From positions 1,280,001 to 1,344,000 of the forward strand of contig OZ241889.1 in NCBI GenBank assembly GCA_965203355.1: 64,000 nucleotides of DNA, written 5' to 3'. The stretch comes from Candidatus Latescibacterota bacterium. GTDB taxonomy: Bacteria; Latescibacterota; UBA2968; UBA8231. A program made the position numbers and the translations under genes. Below are positions 38,886-49,068 of the stretch, piece by piece. Under the pieces are notes generated by a model. It was not told the origin of the DNA. It saw only the letters and a program-made list of their open reading frames with translations, and made no database searches. Each line of letters opens with the position of its first letter. Position 1 is the first letter of the stretch.

Positions 38886-39644
38886 CTATTGTCCTAAAAG
38901 GCAAGAGCAATCCAGCGGATCTGGACTCGTGAAAACCGAGCGTGCCAATTGGTCTAAGACCGCTACATCGGTGTGCTGACGCTCGCCGCGACCGTCGGAG
39001 AGCAAGATCGATCCGTGGCGCTGCCAATTAGTCCAAGGGTTGGTAAAGCGCGGCTCGGTGTCGCCGGCGTCCGGGTAGAACGCCCATTGGGTCACTAACC
39101 GCGATTCTCGATCGATCCAGACTGCGTATTTGTTCTGCGGGGTGACACCGACATCTTGGAACGTGAGTTCCAGTGCTTCGGCTGGCCGGCCGTCCTTGGT
39201 GGCTTCTAGGCCCCGATAGTGCAGGGTGACGCCGGTGTCCTTGAGCTTGTAGGGCATGACCAGCCAGTACGAGTCGTTGATCCAAGCGCGATAGCCGTGG
39301 TCGAGTTTGGCCGCGAGCGTGTCGGGATTGCTGATTTCCTCTCCAGCGACAAAGGCGCGGCCCTCTTTGCTGTGGATGTTCATCAGCACCGTCAGGTCGC
39401 CTTGCTCAAAGCGAATGTCCCCCGTCCACTTGTCCCACACGTGTAAGCGGGACCCAAAAAAGCGCCAAGTGATGTAGCGCACGGCGTCCCAGTTGGCGCG
39501 ACCGCCCATCGCGGCCATGACTTCGTCGGCTAGGGCAATGGCCTTGGGGTCGGAGTCGGCGGCGTTGAAGCCGGGGGCTGCGGGATTATCAGCGGCGTGG
39601 GCTAAGCCGATGCAGCAGCAGAATCCTAGGAGGAAGCGCAACAT
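38886..39644 (-). CDS. Exported hypothetical protein
   Basis: Signal peptide; AMGG..NW, WINDSYWLVMPYKLKD, GVTPQNKY. Confidence 0.75.
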   Translation of the reverse strand: MLRFLLGFCCCIGLAHAADNPAAPGFNAADSDPKAIALADEVMAAMGGRANWDAVRYITWRFFGSRLHVWDKWTGDIRFEQGDLTVLMNIHSKEGRAFVAGEEISNPDTLAAKLDHGYRAWINDSYWLVMPYKLKDTGVTLHYRGLEATKDGRPAEALELTFQDVGVTPQNKYAVWIDRESRLVTQWAFYPDAGDTEPRFTNPWTNWQRHGSILLSDGRGERQHTDVAVLDQLARSVFTSPDPLDCSCLLGQ

Positions 39645-39678
39645 GGGAATCCTTGCGGTTGTGGGTGGCTGGAGTTTC

Positions 39679-41502
39679 TCACGAATGCTCAGGCAGAACC
39701 TCGGGTAGCAATTTCTCTAACTCGGCCAACGGGGCCTCCAAAGTCTGGATGGCCTCGGTCCAGAACCGAGTGTCTTCGAGGTCTCGGCCCAAGGCCCGGC
39801 GCGCCACGCCTTCGGCGGTGTCGCTGCCAGTGAGGCGGAGAAATTCCTCGTAGCGGGGGAGAAAGTCGCTACCCTCTTGTTTAAATATTGAATACAGGCC
39901 GCGGCTGAGTAGGAAGCCGAAGGTATAAGGGAAGTTGTAGAAGGTCACGCCGGTGATGTAGAAGTGGAGTTTCGAGGCCCAGAAGTAGGGGTCTTCGCCT
40001 CCCTCGGCGAGTGCGTTGCCAAAGACTTCGCGCTGGGTTTCGACCATTAGCTCTTTGAGGCGGCTGACCGTGAGTTCGCCGGCTCCGCGTTCCTCGTAGA
40101 GCTTTTTCTCGAACTGGTAGCGCACGGGGATGTCGAGCAGAAAAATTGCGCCGTGGCCGATTTCTTGGTCGAGGGCGCTGGCCTTTTGGGCCGGGCTGAA
40201 GGAAGGGTCGGCGAGGATGCCTTCGGTGAGGATCATTTCGCCGAAGGTAGAGGCCGATTCGGCCAGCGTCATCGGGTAGAAGTGGGCGTAGGTGCGCACG
40301 TCGCGCATGATGTAGCTGTGAAAAGCGTGGCCGACCTCGTGAGCGAGCGTGAGTACATCGCCTAGGGTGTCGTTGTAGGTCATATAGACGCGGGACTCGC
40401 GGGTCAACAGCGAACCCGTGCAAAAGGCACCGGGCCGTTTGCCGGGGCGGGGCGCGTGTTCGATCCACTGGCGTTGGCAGGCTTGGCTGAGGAACTCGCC
40501 TAGGCGTGGGTAGGCCGCTGCAAAGGAGCGGGCGACGAGGGCCGTGCCCTGTTCCCAAGAAAGCGGCCCTTGGTCTGACAGCGGCAGCGGTGCGCTCAGG
40601 TCGTACCAAGCAACGCCCTCGGTGCCCATGAGTTGGGCCTTGACGGCGAGAATGCGGCGCGGCAGTTCGATTTGCTCGGCGATGGCTGCGAACATCGCGT
40701 CGAGGGTCTTGGGCGAAATCGACGCTTGGAAGCGAGCGACATCGAGAAAGTGATCCACGCCGCGATGGTGGTTTAGGGTCAGCCGCGTCCCCGAGATGGC
40801 ATTAAGCGCGGCCGCGGCGACGTCTTCCATACTTTCCCAGGCTCGGTTGCCGCCAGCGAAGGCGGCTTGGCGGATTCGGCGGTCGGGGTCTTCCATCAGG
40901 GCGCGGCGCTGCGACATGGGGCGGCGCTCGGTGCGCCCGTCGGGAAACGCCATGTCGAATTCGAGTTTGCTGGAGACCGAGTCGTAGAGGCGGCCCCAAG
41001 CGTGGAGACCGTCGACGCCGAGGTCGGCCGAGAGCACCTCCTTCTCCGGGCTCATGGTGCGCTGTGCTTCTTGGCGCTGGCGGCGGAGGAAGTGGCCGCA
41101 GTCGGCCAAGGCGGGCCGTTGGGTAAACTGAGCAAAAATTTCGTCGGAGGCGTCCTTGAGCGCACGCAGGAGTTCGACATCGAGCTTTGCGCTCTCGGCC
41201 GCTAGCAGGGCAAAGGATGCCTCCTCGCGGGCGTAGTTTTCATTGCGGGCGTCTGCCGCGGTGAGGCAGCCGAGGTAGGAGCCTAGATGGGAGAGGCGGT
41301 CAGTCAGGCCCTCCGTCAGGAGAAAGATAGCTTCCCAAGCGTCGGCATTGTCCTCGGCAAGCGGTGCGAGGGCGGTAGCTTGCTGTCGCACCGCCGCCAG
41401 ATCCCGTTGCAGTTCCTCTTTGAACTGCCGCATGGCCGAGCCGTCAAATTCAGCGAAATAGCTCGTCAGATCCCAGTCCATGATTGCTGGAGTAGTGGTC
41501 AT
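39679..41502 (-). CDS. pepF: M3-family oligoendopeptidase F
   Basis: WDL, KRPGAFC, TLAHEVGHAFH, LAESASTFGE, FYNFPYTFG. Confidence 0.9.
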   Translation of the reverse strand: MTTTPAIMDWDLTSYFAEFDGSAMRQFKEELQRDLAAVRQQATALAPLAEDNADAWEAIFLLTEGLTDRLSHLGSYLGCLTAADARNENYAREEASFALLAAESAKLDVELLRALKDASDEIFAQFTQRPALADCGHFLRRQRQEAQRTMSPEKEVLSADLGVDGLHAWGRLYDSVSSKLEFDMAFPDGRTERRPMSQRRALMEDPDRRIRQAAFAGGNRAWESMEDVAAAALNAISGTRLTLNHHRGVDHFLDVARFQASISPKTLDAMFAAIAEQIELPRRILAVKAQLMGTEGVAWYDLSAPLPLSDQGPLSWEQGTALVARSFAAAYPRLGEFLSQACQRQWIEHAPRPGKRPGAFCTGSLLTRESRVYMTYNDTLGDVLTLAHEVGHAFHSYIMRDVRTYAHFYPMTLAESASTFGEMILTEGILADPSFSPAQKASALDQEIGHGAIFLLDIPVRYQFEKKLYEERGAGELTVSRLKELMVETQREVFGNALAEGGEDPYFWASKLHFYITGVTFYNFPYTFGFLLSRGLYSIFKQEGSDFLPRYEEFLRLTGSDTAEGVARRALGRDLEDTRFWTEAIQTLEAPLAELEKLLPEVLPEHS

Positions 41503-41798
41503 AGGGCGTTTTCCTTGCTGTGATGTAAGTGTCGATTAAAAGTAACAGCACCCGCTGGTACAAAGGCAAATTGTAGTCCCGCAGGTATCTGCTAGGAGCC
41601 GCCGAGCTAGGGACGAGCGCGATCTGCGCGGCTTGGCGACTTTGGTGGAGGCGGATGGTGGAATTCGCCGCCACACTGTGCCGCAGGTCGCGCAAGCGGT
41701 TCGATTCTTGCTGATGTTCAAAATAGTATGTATCCAGACGCGACGTACGCGTGATTGGCCGGGCTTGGGTAGCCATCAGGTAGGACGCGGACGATTGT

Positions 41799-43535
41799 CT
41801 AACCAAAGGAGAGTTCCATTTGTCGATCATCGGGCGAATCAGTCATTCCCTTGTCGCCGACCGCGCTACACACCTCGCCCCAGTCGATGAAGTATTCGTC
41901 AAAGTAGCGGATTGGATATCTGCTAAATTTAATGACGTCTTCTCGGGCAGGTCGGCGCCCCAGTCTGATAGCAATTTCTTTGACTTCGATCTGTAGTGTT
42001 TTTTTAGGTACTTCGTACTTCCTTTTTTGCAGTCGTGAAACCCTACTGTTTTTTGACTTTGGAGTGGCATTGTTTTTGGCAAATGGGTCTCTACCTCGCT
42101 TTAGATCCAAGTGTCTTTGCTCAGCAATAGCGTGATATTTAGCCGATAGTTCAATGCCAATAAATTTTCTACCGAGCATCTCGGCGATTAAGGTCGTCGT
42201 TCCTGCGCCGTTAAAAGGATCTAAGACAAGCTCGCTCTCTTTGGTAAAAGTGTGGATGAGTCGTTTCATCAAAGATGGTGGTAGTTGACACGGATGATCC
42301 ACTCTTTTTGAATTGTGCTTTAGCCTGTGTATATCCCACCACAAATTCCCAATAGGCTGTCGATCTGTAATTTGGGCTGCATTTCTCTTTTTAATACAAG
42401 AGGCTCTAACACAGTACCATTGTTTGAGGCTCATAAAATCTTGCGAATTTTCCCAATAGGCGTCTTTCTCGTAATTGGCAATTTCAACTGGACGACCTTT
42501 ACTGAGGCAAATTATTCCGTAGTGTGCCGGCATGATTTTTCGGACAGGTAAGCTCAATCCTTCCCAAGCGATCCAATCTTGGTAGTCTAAAATACTTTTC
42601 GCGAACGAAAAATGCCTGACGATCCAGAGAGGAATATTTATAATTGCAAGAGTCCGACCGGGTTTCAAGACTCTAGCTGATTCAGATATCCACTGATCGC
42701 ACCAAGAAAAATAGTCGCTGATATTTTGATCGTCATTCCAATTATCATATTTTTTTTTAATGTTATACGGCGGATCAGCAAAGATAAAATCTACGGAATT
42801 TTCGGGAATGGTTCTTAGGACATCTAAGCAATCTCCGTTGAGTAGACGACTCTCACCCGGGCTGGTAATCGTTCCATTTGAAGTTCGGATTTTTCTCTTA
42901 TTAGAAAATACAAGGAAGTTCCTGACATCATAGTAAATAAGCTGGCGATAAGGTTCGTACCCAAAGAGATCCGTTAGTCTTTTCAGAATAGTTCTCGGTT
43001 CTAAGTCATTATCATAATAAATGTCGCGCCAAATATCAGACATAAGCGTCCCATAGGGACTATAAATATGTTTTTTGCCTCCGTAATCTTTTGTTGTCTT
43101 GTTGCAAGCAGGGCAGTACGTATATGCTATTTGGGTCTTATTATGTTTCAAAGAAGCCTTATAACGGGTAAAGACTAAGAGGGCAATATGACTATCTGGC
43201 AATGTCCCAGATCGAAATATTTCTTGTTGGCGTTTAATAGCAATCCAAAGTTTAAAATGAATGCGGTTCTGAAGTTCTTCTATTACATAGCAAGCTGTGT
43301 GAGGGTTTGTTAAAAAACAAATTGTACTCTCTTCAGGCAACTTTTTAATGAAATCGTCAAAATCTTGATTGAAGAATTCCATAGAGACATTATCGTCGAA
43401 ATCAATTTCTGTAGCTAAATGAAAAAGCCATACATCTGGCCGTGATGATTTTGACGATAATTTTTGAAAACCTTCAAATGCTCTTATTGATATATCTAAG
43501 GATTTACAGTTTTCACTCCGGTGAGTCATTTTCAT
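41799..43535 (-). CDS. Multi-domain amino-DNA methyltransferase (beta class) of a type II RM system
   Basis: FADPPYN, HPCQLP, LDPFNGAGTT; extra N-terminal ~230 aa with CPAC; helical C-terminal domain; GAAGGAG RBS inside the REase end; low GC. Confidence 0.9.
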   Translation of the reverse strand: MKMTHRSENCKSLDISIRAFEGFQKLSSKSSRPDVWLFHLATEIDFDDNVSMEFFNQDFDDFIKKLPEESTICFLTNPHTACYVIEELQNRIHFKLWIAIKRQQEIFRSGTLPDSHIALLVFTRYKASLKHNKTQIAYTYCPACNKTTKDYGGKKHIYSPYGTLMSDIWRDIYYDNDLEPRTILKRLTDLFGYEPYRQLIYYDVRNFLVFSNKRKIRTSNGTITSPGESRLLNGDCLDVLRTIPENSVDFIFADPPYNIKKKYDNWNDDQNISDYFSWCDQWISESARVLKPGRTLAIINIPLWIVRHFSFAKSILDYQDWIAWEGLSLPVRKIMPAHYGIICLSKGRPVEIANYEKDAYWENSQDFMSLKQWYCVRASCIKKRNAAQITDRQPIGNLWWDIHRLKHNSKRVDHPCQLPPSLMKRLIHTFTKESELVLDPFNGAGTTTLIAEMLGRKFIGIELSAKYHAIAEQRHLDLKRGRDPFAKNNATPKSKNSRVSRLQKRKYEVPKKTLQIEVKEIAIRLGRRPAREDVIKFSRYPIRYFDEYFIDWGEVCSAVGDKGMTDSPDDRQMELSFG

Positions 43536-44550
43536 TGTCTCCTTCCATAGTTCCTGCGAGACGTCTGATGTCATTGTCGCTAAAATTGATAATACAATCG
43601 CTGTAGTCGATTAAGTCCTTCACAAAAGATCGACGTTCAAAATTACCTGCACCATCAACTACATATGCAATTTTATACCCTTTTTCGTGAAGAAGCCGTT
43701 GTCTATCAGGAGCAAGTTTGGCTTTTCTCTCTACTACACTATTTGTCGTAAACTGGAAGCTCACTTCAATACCCCAATAGTTACCACTAGGACTTTTGCT
43801 GACGATGTCAAATGTTATATCTGTTCTACCCTCATTTTGGCTGATACCTGGAATCGTAGTCTGTGAAAAATCCCAACTTGGAAGATACTGAGCCAAACGC
43901 TCCTTGATATAGTTTTGAGCTAGGTGCCCCATCCTATTAGATGTTGCTCCTCCAGTAATTCTACTAACCCATATATACCTTTCTTTAATGTATTTTTCTA
44001 GCTTTGGCTTATCGCCAAGCATTGAACCAATCATACATTTATTTTCGATTTCCTCTGGCAAGAAGTCGTTTGTTGACAAACTGCCAAATAAAATCAAGGT
44101 ACTTACGTCCATAATGGCGTCTGTAAGATCAAAACACTGCTGCAGTCCCTCGCCGTCAAGCCCCAAGCTGAGATTGCTCCATTTCTTGCCAGAAAAAAGA
44201 GATTTCATCCTATGCTCGTAATTTCTACCACGGAAGATAAATCTGAAATCCTCACACTTAAATTTATTCGGAAGATCCGAGGCAAAGCGTTTTAAGTTTT
44301 CTCCACCAATATCAGATAAAATGCAAAGATGTTTTAAGAAAAGATTTGGATAGAGATCTTCAACAAAATCTAAAATTCTGGTCCAACCATAAGGATCTTT
44401 AGATGCAAGATGCAGTACGCTTATAAAACTGTCCTGCGTTTTGATAAGCAACGGAATAATACTAGAACTTTTCTCTTGCTTGGCGATTTCAGCGGGCCAA
44501 TAAATTGCAGCTTTCTCCTGCAGTTCCTCTACTGTTTTAGGATTAGACAT
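43513..44550 (-). CDS. Type II restriction endonuclease, BanI/HgiCI-like
   Basis: Recalled similarity to R.BanI: SIIPLL..QD.FIS, NLFLKHL, KERYIWVSRITGG, TFD...EVSFQ.TTNS..ERK, DGAGNF; low GC. Confidence 0.8.
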   Translation of the reverse strand: MSNPKTVEELQEKAAIYWPAEIAKQEKSSSIIPLLIKTQDSFISVLHLASKDPYGWTRILDFVEDLYPNLFLKHLCILSDIGGENLKRFASDLPNKFKCEDFRFIFRGRNYEHRMKSLFSGKKWSNLSLGLDGEGLQQCFDLTDAIMDVSTLILFGSLSTNDFLPEEIENKCMIGSMLGDKPKLEKYIKERYIWVSRITGGATSNRMGHLAQNYIKERLAQYLPSWDFSQTTIPGISQNEGRTDITFDIVSKSPSGNYWGIEVSFQFTTNSVVERKAKLAPDRQRLLHEKGYKIAYVVDGAGNFERRSFVKDLIDYSDCIINFSDNDIRRLAGTMEGDNENDSPE

Positions 44551-44632
44551 CGCTCAGTCATCCATTTTTAAGTAAAAGTACGGTCTATTGATAATAAAAT
44601 AAAAAATATCCGTCCAACAGTCTGAGCCCGCT

Positions 44633-46522
44633 TCACAACAACTGGCAACCTTCCAATTCTTTGGTACTCAGGCGGATGCCTCCGGCGCGGAGCCCGCGCA
44701 CGGGATATTCGCTGATAGGGAAAACCTCGTTGAGCTTGCGGAGGCGCGGCTTGGGCTTGTAGTCGAGGGCGACCTTTTTGTCAGAGTCGGTGGTCAGCTT
44801 GAGCACCTTGCACTCGGCGGGCACGAGATCATAGCTGCGTCCTAAGATGAACTTGTCGATGGTGCAGCGCTTGATGTAGGACGCTCCGGCTTTGTCCTTG
44901 TAGACGACGGTGAAAACTAGGTCCTTGTCGATCAAGCCGCAGTGAAGTAAGCCCTTGCCGACGAAGAGTTTGTCCGGCACTTGGATGACCGAGTAGGTGC
45001 CGTCCTTGCGGATGGCGAGCACCGAGTCGTAGAGCGATACGTCGCAGACAGCAGTGCCGCTGATTTGGTGGCCGAGATAGCCGGTCTTTCTGTCGTAGCG
45101 GAGCTTGAGGTCGCGGTTGGCAGCCGAGCGCGCATCAACTCTTTCGATTCCCACGATTTCGGTGCGACGCGGGAATTGGCTGCGGTATTTGTCGATGAGG
45201 TCTTGGATAAAGGCGATGGTGTAGGGAATGATGCCATCCAAATGCTTTTTGATCTGGCGCAGTTGAACGCGGATTTCCTTCATCTCTGCTTGGGCGCGAC
45301 TGATGTCGTAGCGCGAGATGCGACGGATCGGAATTTTGAGCAGGGTCTCGATGTCGTCGTCGGTGATGTCGCGTTTGAACTGCGGGGCAAAAGGCCAAAG
45401 CCCGGTGCGTACGGCCAAGGCGACTTCGTCTGTGGTGGTCTGCTCTTCAATGGCCTTATAGATGCGGTTTTCGATGAATATATGCTCGAGGGTCTTGGCG
45501 TGGAGCTTGTCGTTGAGTTGCTCGGTTGTGAGCTGGAGCTCGGCCTTGAGGATGGCGACGAGGCGATCGACGTTGTGTTGCAGAACTTCAGTGGTGCTCA
45601 TGACTTGTGGGCGATTGTGCTCGTTGATCAACATCAGGTTGGCTGAAATCGATAGCTCGCAATCGGTGAAGGCGTAGAGCGCATCCACGACCTCTTCGGT
45701 GTACGTGCCGCGCGGCAGCTTGATTTCGATCTCGACGTTTTCGGCCGTGTAGTCGGAGATGGTGCCGATCTTGATTTTGTTTTTGCGTGCGGCGTCTTCT
45801 ATGGAGGCGATGAGTTGTTCGGTAGTGGTGCCGAAGGGCAGTTCGCGGATGACGATGCGCTTGGGGTCGGAGGTGTCGAGCCGGGCGCGGACTAAGGCTT
45901 TGCCGTTGCCGTCGTTGTAGGCGGAAAAATCGGCTAGGCCGCCGGTGGGGAAATCGGGACGGATTTGGAAGGGGCGGTCTTGCAAATAGGCGATTTGGGC
46001 TTCTAACAGTTCGATGAGATTGTGCGGCAATATCTTGGTCGCCATGCCGACGGCGATACCTTCGGCTCCTTGGGCTAACAGCACCGGGATTTTGGCGGGG
46101 AAAACCACTGGCTCCTGATTGCGACCGTCGTAGGAGTCGATGTAGTCGGTCAGTGCCTTGTTGAAGAGCACCTGTTTGGCCAGTGGCGTGAGCTGGCACT
46201 CGATATAGCGGGCGGCCGCGGCTTCATCGCCGGTGTAGATGTTGCCGAAGTTGCCCTGTTTTTCGATGAAGAGATCCTTGTTGGCCAACACTATGAGCGC
46301 ACCGTAGATCGATTGGTCGCCGTGCGGGTGGTACTGCATGGTCTGGCCTACGACATTGGCGACCTTGTGGAATTTGCCGTCGTCGATCTTGTGCAGCGCG
46401 TGCAGGATGCGGCGTTGGACGGGTTTGAGCCCGTCGTCAATGTGCGGAATCGCACGGTCCTTGATGTAGTAGGAAGCGTATTCGAGGAAGTAGTTATCGT
46501 AGAGGCTGTCGATGTAGGCCAT
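44633..46522 (-). CDS. parC: DNA topoisomerase IV subunit A (short CTD)
   Basis: DGLKPVQRRIL, YHPHGD, AAARYIE. Confidence 0.88.
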   Translation of the reverse strand: MAYIDSLYDNYFLEYASYYIKDRAIPHIDDGLKPVQRRILHALHKIDDGKFHKVANVVGQTMQYHPHGDQSIYGALIVLANKDLFIEKQGNFGNIYTGDEAAAARYIECQLTPLAKQVLFNKALTDYIDSYDGRNQEPVVFPAKIPVLLAQGAEGIAVGMATKILPHNLIELLEAQIAYLQDRPFQIRPDFPTGGLADFSAYNDGNGKALVRARLDTSDPKRIVIRELPFGTTTEQLIASIEDAARKNKIKIGTISDYTAENVEIEIKLPRGTYTEEVVDALYAFTDCELSISANLMLINEHNRPQVMSTTEVLQHNVDRLVAILKAELQLTTEQLNDKLHAKTLEHIFIENRIYKAIEEQTTTDEVALAVRTGLWPFAPQFKRDITDDDIETLLKIPIRRISRYDISRAQAEMKEIRVQLRQIKKHLDGIIPYTIAFIQDLIDKYRSQFPRRTEIVGIERVDARSAANRDLKLRYDRKTGYLGHQISGTAVCDVSLYDSVLAIRKDGTYSVIQVPDKLFVGKGLLHCGLIDKDLVFTVVYKDKAGASYIKRCTIDKFILGRSYDLVPAECKVLKLTTDSDKKVALDYKPKPRLRKLNEVFPISEYPVRGLRAGGIRLSTKELEGCQLL

Positions 46523-48345
46523 TAGACTAGATGCTCCATAATGTAGTCGCGGCGGTCAGGGGTGTTTTTGCCCATGTAGAACGAGAGGGTTTCGGGGACA
46601 GTGGCCAGCGAGCGGACCCCGACTTTGACCAGTCGCATATCGCCGTTGATAAACTGGCCAAACTCCTTGGGGGAAATCTCGCCAAGCCCCTTGAAGCGGG
46701 TGATTTCCGCGCTGCCTTTGAGCTTCTTTACAGCGTGTTGGCGCTCGTGTTCATCGTAGCAGTAGAGGGTCTTTTGTTTGTTGCGCACCCGGAAGAGCGG
46801 CGTCTCGAGGATATAGACGTGGCCGGAGGTGACCAGTTCTTCGAAATAGGTGAGGAAGAAGGTCATCAGGATATTGCGGATGTGAAAACCGTCCACATCC
46901 GCGTCGGTAGCGATGACGACTTGGTTGTAGCGCAGGTTGTCGATGTCTTCTTCGATCCCGAGGGCCATCATCATATTGTAGAGTTCTTCGTTTTTGTAGA
47001 TCGAGGCGCGGGTCTTGCCGAAGAGGTTTTGGGGCTTGCCTTTAAGGGTGTAGATGGCTTGGGTCTCGGGGTCGCGCGAGGAGACGATCGAGCCAGCGGC
47101 TGACTGCCCCTCGGCGATGAAGATCGTCGATTCTTCGCCGCGCTTCTTGTCGCCTTTGTGGTACTTACAGTCCTTGAGCTGGGGGATTTTGATCTCGATG
47201 CGCCGCGCCGCCTCCTTGGCTTCTTTTTTAACCGCGTTTAGTTCCTTGCGCAGCTTTTCGTTGTGGACGATACGCGCTTCGAGCTTTTGCGCGGTCTCGC
47301 GATTTTTGTGGAGGAAATCGACGATGGCTTCGCGGGTCTCGTTGACGATCCAGCCGCGGATGTCGGTATTGCCCAGTTTGTTTTTGGTCTGCGACTCAAA
47401 AACCGGCTCCTTGACCTTGACGGCGACAACGCCAAAGGCCCCGTCGCGCACATCAACGCCATTGAAGGTTTTCTTGTAAAACTCGTTGACGCCTTTGAGC
47501 ACGCCCTCGCGGAACGCGCTCTGATGCGTGCCGCCGTCGGCCGTGTACTGGCCGTTGACAAAGGAGCGGTAGGATTCGCCGTAGCTATCGACGTGCGTGA
47601 AGGCAAATTCGAGGTACTGGCCCTTGTGATAAGCGGGCGGATAGAGGTCCGAATTGCCGGCCTCGCTTTTGAGGAGGTCGAGCAAGCCCTGTTTGGACTC
47701 GAATTTTTGTCGGTTGAAGTACAGGCGCAGACCTCGGTTGAGGCAGGCGTAGTTCCACAGCCGGCGCTCGACGAACTCGTGGTTGAAGGCGTATTCGCCA
47801 AAGATGTCTGCATCGGGCAAAAACTCGACGTACGTGCCGTCGGGTTCGTTGGGTGCTCGGCTCTTGGTTTGCTTTTTTAGCTCGCCGCGCTCAAAGAACA
47901 CTTTGGCGCACTGGCCGTCGCGGTAGGAGCGGACAGTGAAGCGGGCGGAAAGCGCGTTGACAGCCTTGGTGCCGACGCCGTTGAGCCCGACGCTGAACTG
48001 GAAGACATCGTCGTTGTATTTGGCACCCGTGTTGATGACCGAGACGCACTCTGCTACTTTGCCGAGGGGAATGCCGCGGCCGTAGTCGCGGACTTGGACT
48101 CTCCCTTGGTCGATCTCGATGTCGACCTGCCTGCCACAGCCCATGATGAACTCATCGACGGCATTGTCGATGACCTCCTTGAGCAATATGTAGATTCCGT
48201 CGTCGGGATCGGCACCCGAGCCGAGTCGCCCGATGTACATGCCGGTCCGCAAGCGGATGTGCTCAAGTGAAGAGAGGGTTTTGATCTTGCTTTCGTCGTA
48301 TGTGGCCTTGCCGTTGGCGCGGCCGTTGGTCGGATTCTTGGCCAT
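46522..48345 (-). CDS. parE: DNA topoisomerase IV subunit B
   Basis: EHIRLRTGMYIG, EVIDNAVDE, GLNGVG, EGQSA, TDADVDG, RFKGLGE; start at MAKNP. Confidence 0.9.
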   Translation of the reverse strand: MAKNPTNGRANGKATYDESKIKTLSSLEHIRLRTGMYIGRLGSGADPDDGIYILLKEVIDNAVDEFIMGCGRQVDIEIDQGRVQVRDYGRGIPLGKVAECVSVINTGAKYNDDVFQFSVGLNGVGTKAVNALSARFTVRSYRDGQCAKVFFERGELKKQTKSRAPNEPDGTYVEFLPDADIFGEYAFNHEFVERRLWNYACLNRGLRLYFNRQKFESKQGLLDLLKSEAGNSDLYPPAYHKGQYLEFAFTHVDSYGESYRSFVNGQYTADGGTHQSAFREGVLKGVNEFYKKTFNGVDVRDGAFGVVAVKVKEPVFESQTKNKLGNTDIRGWIVNETREAIVDFLHKNRETAQKLEARIVHNEKLRKELNAVKKEAKEAARRIEIKIPQLKDCKYHKGDKKRGEESTIFIAEGQSAAGSIVSSRDPETQAIYTLKGKPQNLFGKTRASIYKNEELYNMMMALGIEEDIDNLRYNQVVIATDADVDGFHIRNILMTFFLTYFEELVTSGHVYILETPLFRVRNKQKTLYCYDEHERQHAVKKLKGSAEITRFKGLGEISPKEFGQFINGDMRLVKVGVRSLATVPETLSFYMGKNTPDRRDYIMEHLV

Positions 48346-48500
48346 TGCTTCCATAAGAGATTTATAGTAGAACGAGCCGCGATTCCTAGGGAGGGACGCG
48401 CGACCGGCGGACAATGGGAGATTTAAGATGCAGGAGAGAGCAGGGAGGGGAGATGCTCTCCTTGGTGCGACTGCTAATTTAAGCAATTCTCCGCCTGTTT

Positions 48501-48529
48501 AATATAGTGAACATATATGCAGTTGTCAA
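48501..48529 (-). promoter_or_regulatory. sigma70-type promoter for parE-parC
   Basis: TTGACA-17 bp-TATATT on the minus strand. Confidence 0.75.
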
Positions 48530-48898
48530 TCAAATGCGGGTGCGGGTGGCCGCATCAGTCTTAAAAGCAAGTTTTTTGAAATCGCAATAAGCGCAGGGGT
48601 TTTTACCTACTAAACAAGTGGTCAGGTTTATGGATGCTTTTATTTTCATGCACACGTTTTATAATTTTAATTTTTTCGGGTAAGCTCAAACTGACACACT
48701 AACCGGGTATGGGTAGCCGCGATGCCGTAGCTACTTTTTGTATCCCTTCGAGGACAATGGTGTTGCGGAGGTGATACACTTGGGCGTATCGCCTAGTTGG
48801 ATCGGAGACTATTGTCAAAAGCAGTATCATTATCTAACTCAATTATTTACAATTACTTAAAATAAAAATAGAGGCGATTTAGTTGTCTGGCGTACTTT

Positions 48899-48915
48899 TT
48901 GGCACGTTTTTCGCT
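48899..48915 (+). promoter_or_regulatory. sigma54 (-24/-12) promoter upstream of the RiPP precursor
   Basis: TTGGCACGTTTTTCGCT: GG-N10-GC, close to YTGGCACG-N4-TTGCW; IHF-like ACTCAATTATTTA at 48837-48849. Confidence 0.65.
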
Positions 48916-49068
48916 TTTATTCCCGCTGAAGCCTCAGCCGTGCTTCACAATATCAGCAGTATTAAAACATGGAAGCAAACAGAAGGTCGGCTGTTGCTCC
49001 ATTGCTGCTGTGTCGCATTTCAACCGACTACCAAACTAATGGCTGGTCCAGCCAAGGAGGAAAGCAAG

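Noticed and set aside
41536-41721. 61-aa minus-strand ORF ending TCGTTICLCTSGCCYF, resembling a second RiPP precursor
   Set aside because: TTG start without RBS, no similarity to the 49069 leader, >7 kb from the cluster, and its 3' end overlaps a likely pepF promoter (TG-T-TACTTT); probably chance, though a tBLASTn would settle it
48883-49068. N-terminal 62 codons of the 97-aa ORF in the track
   Set aside because: TTG start lies upstream of the predicted sigma54 box and has no RBS; the strong RBS is at ATG 49069
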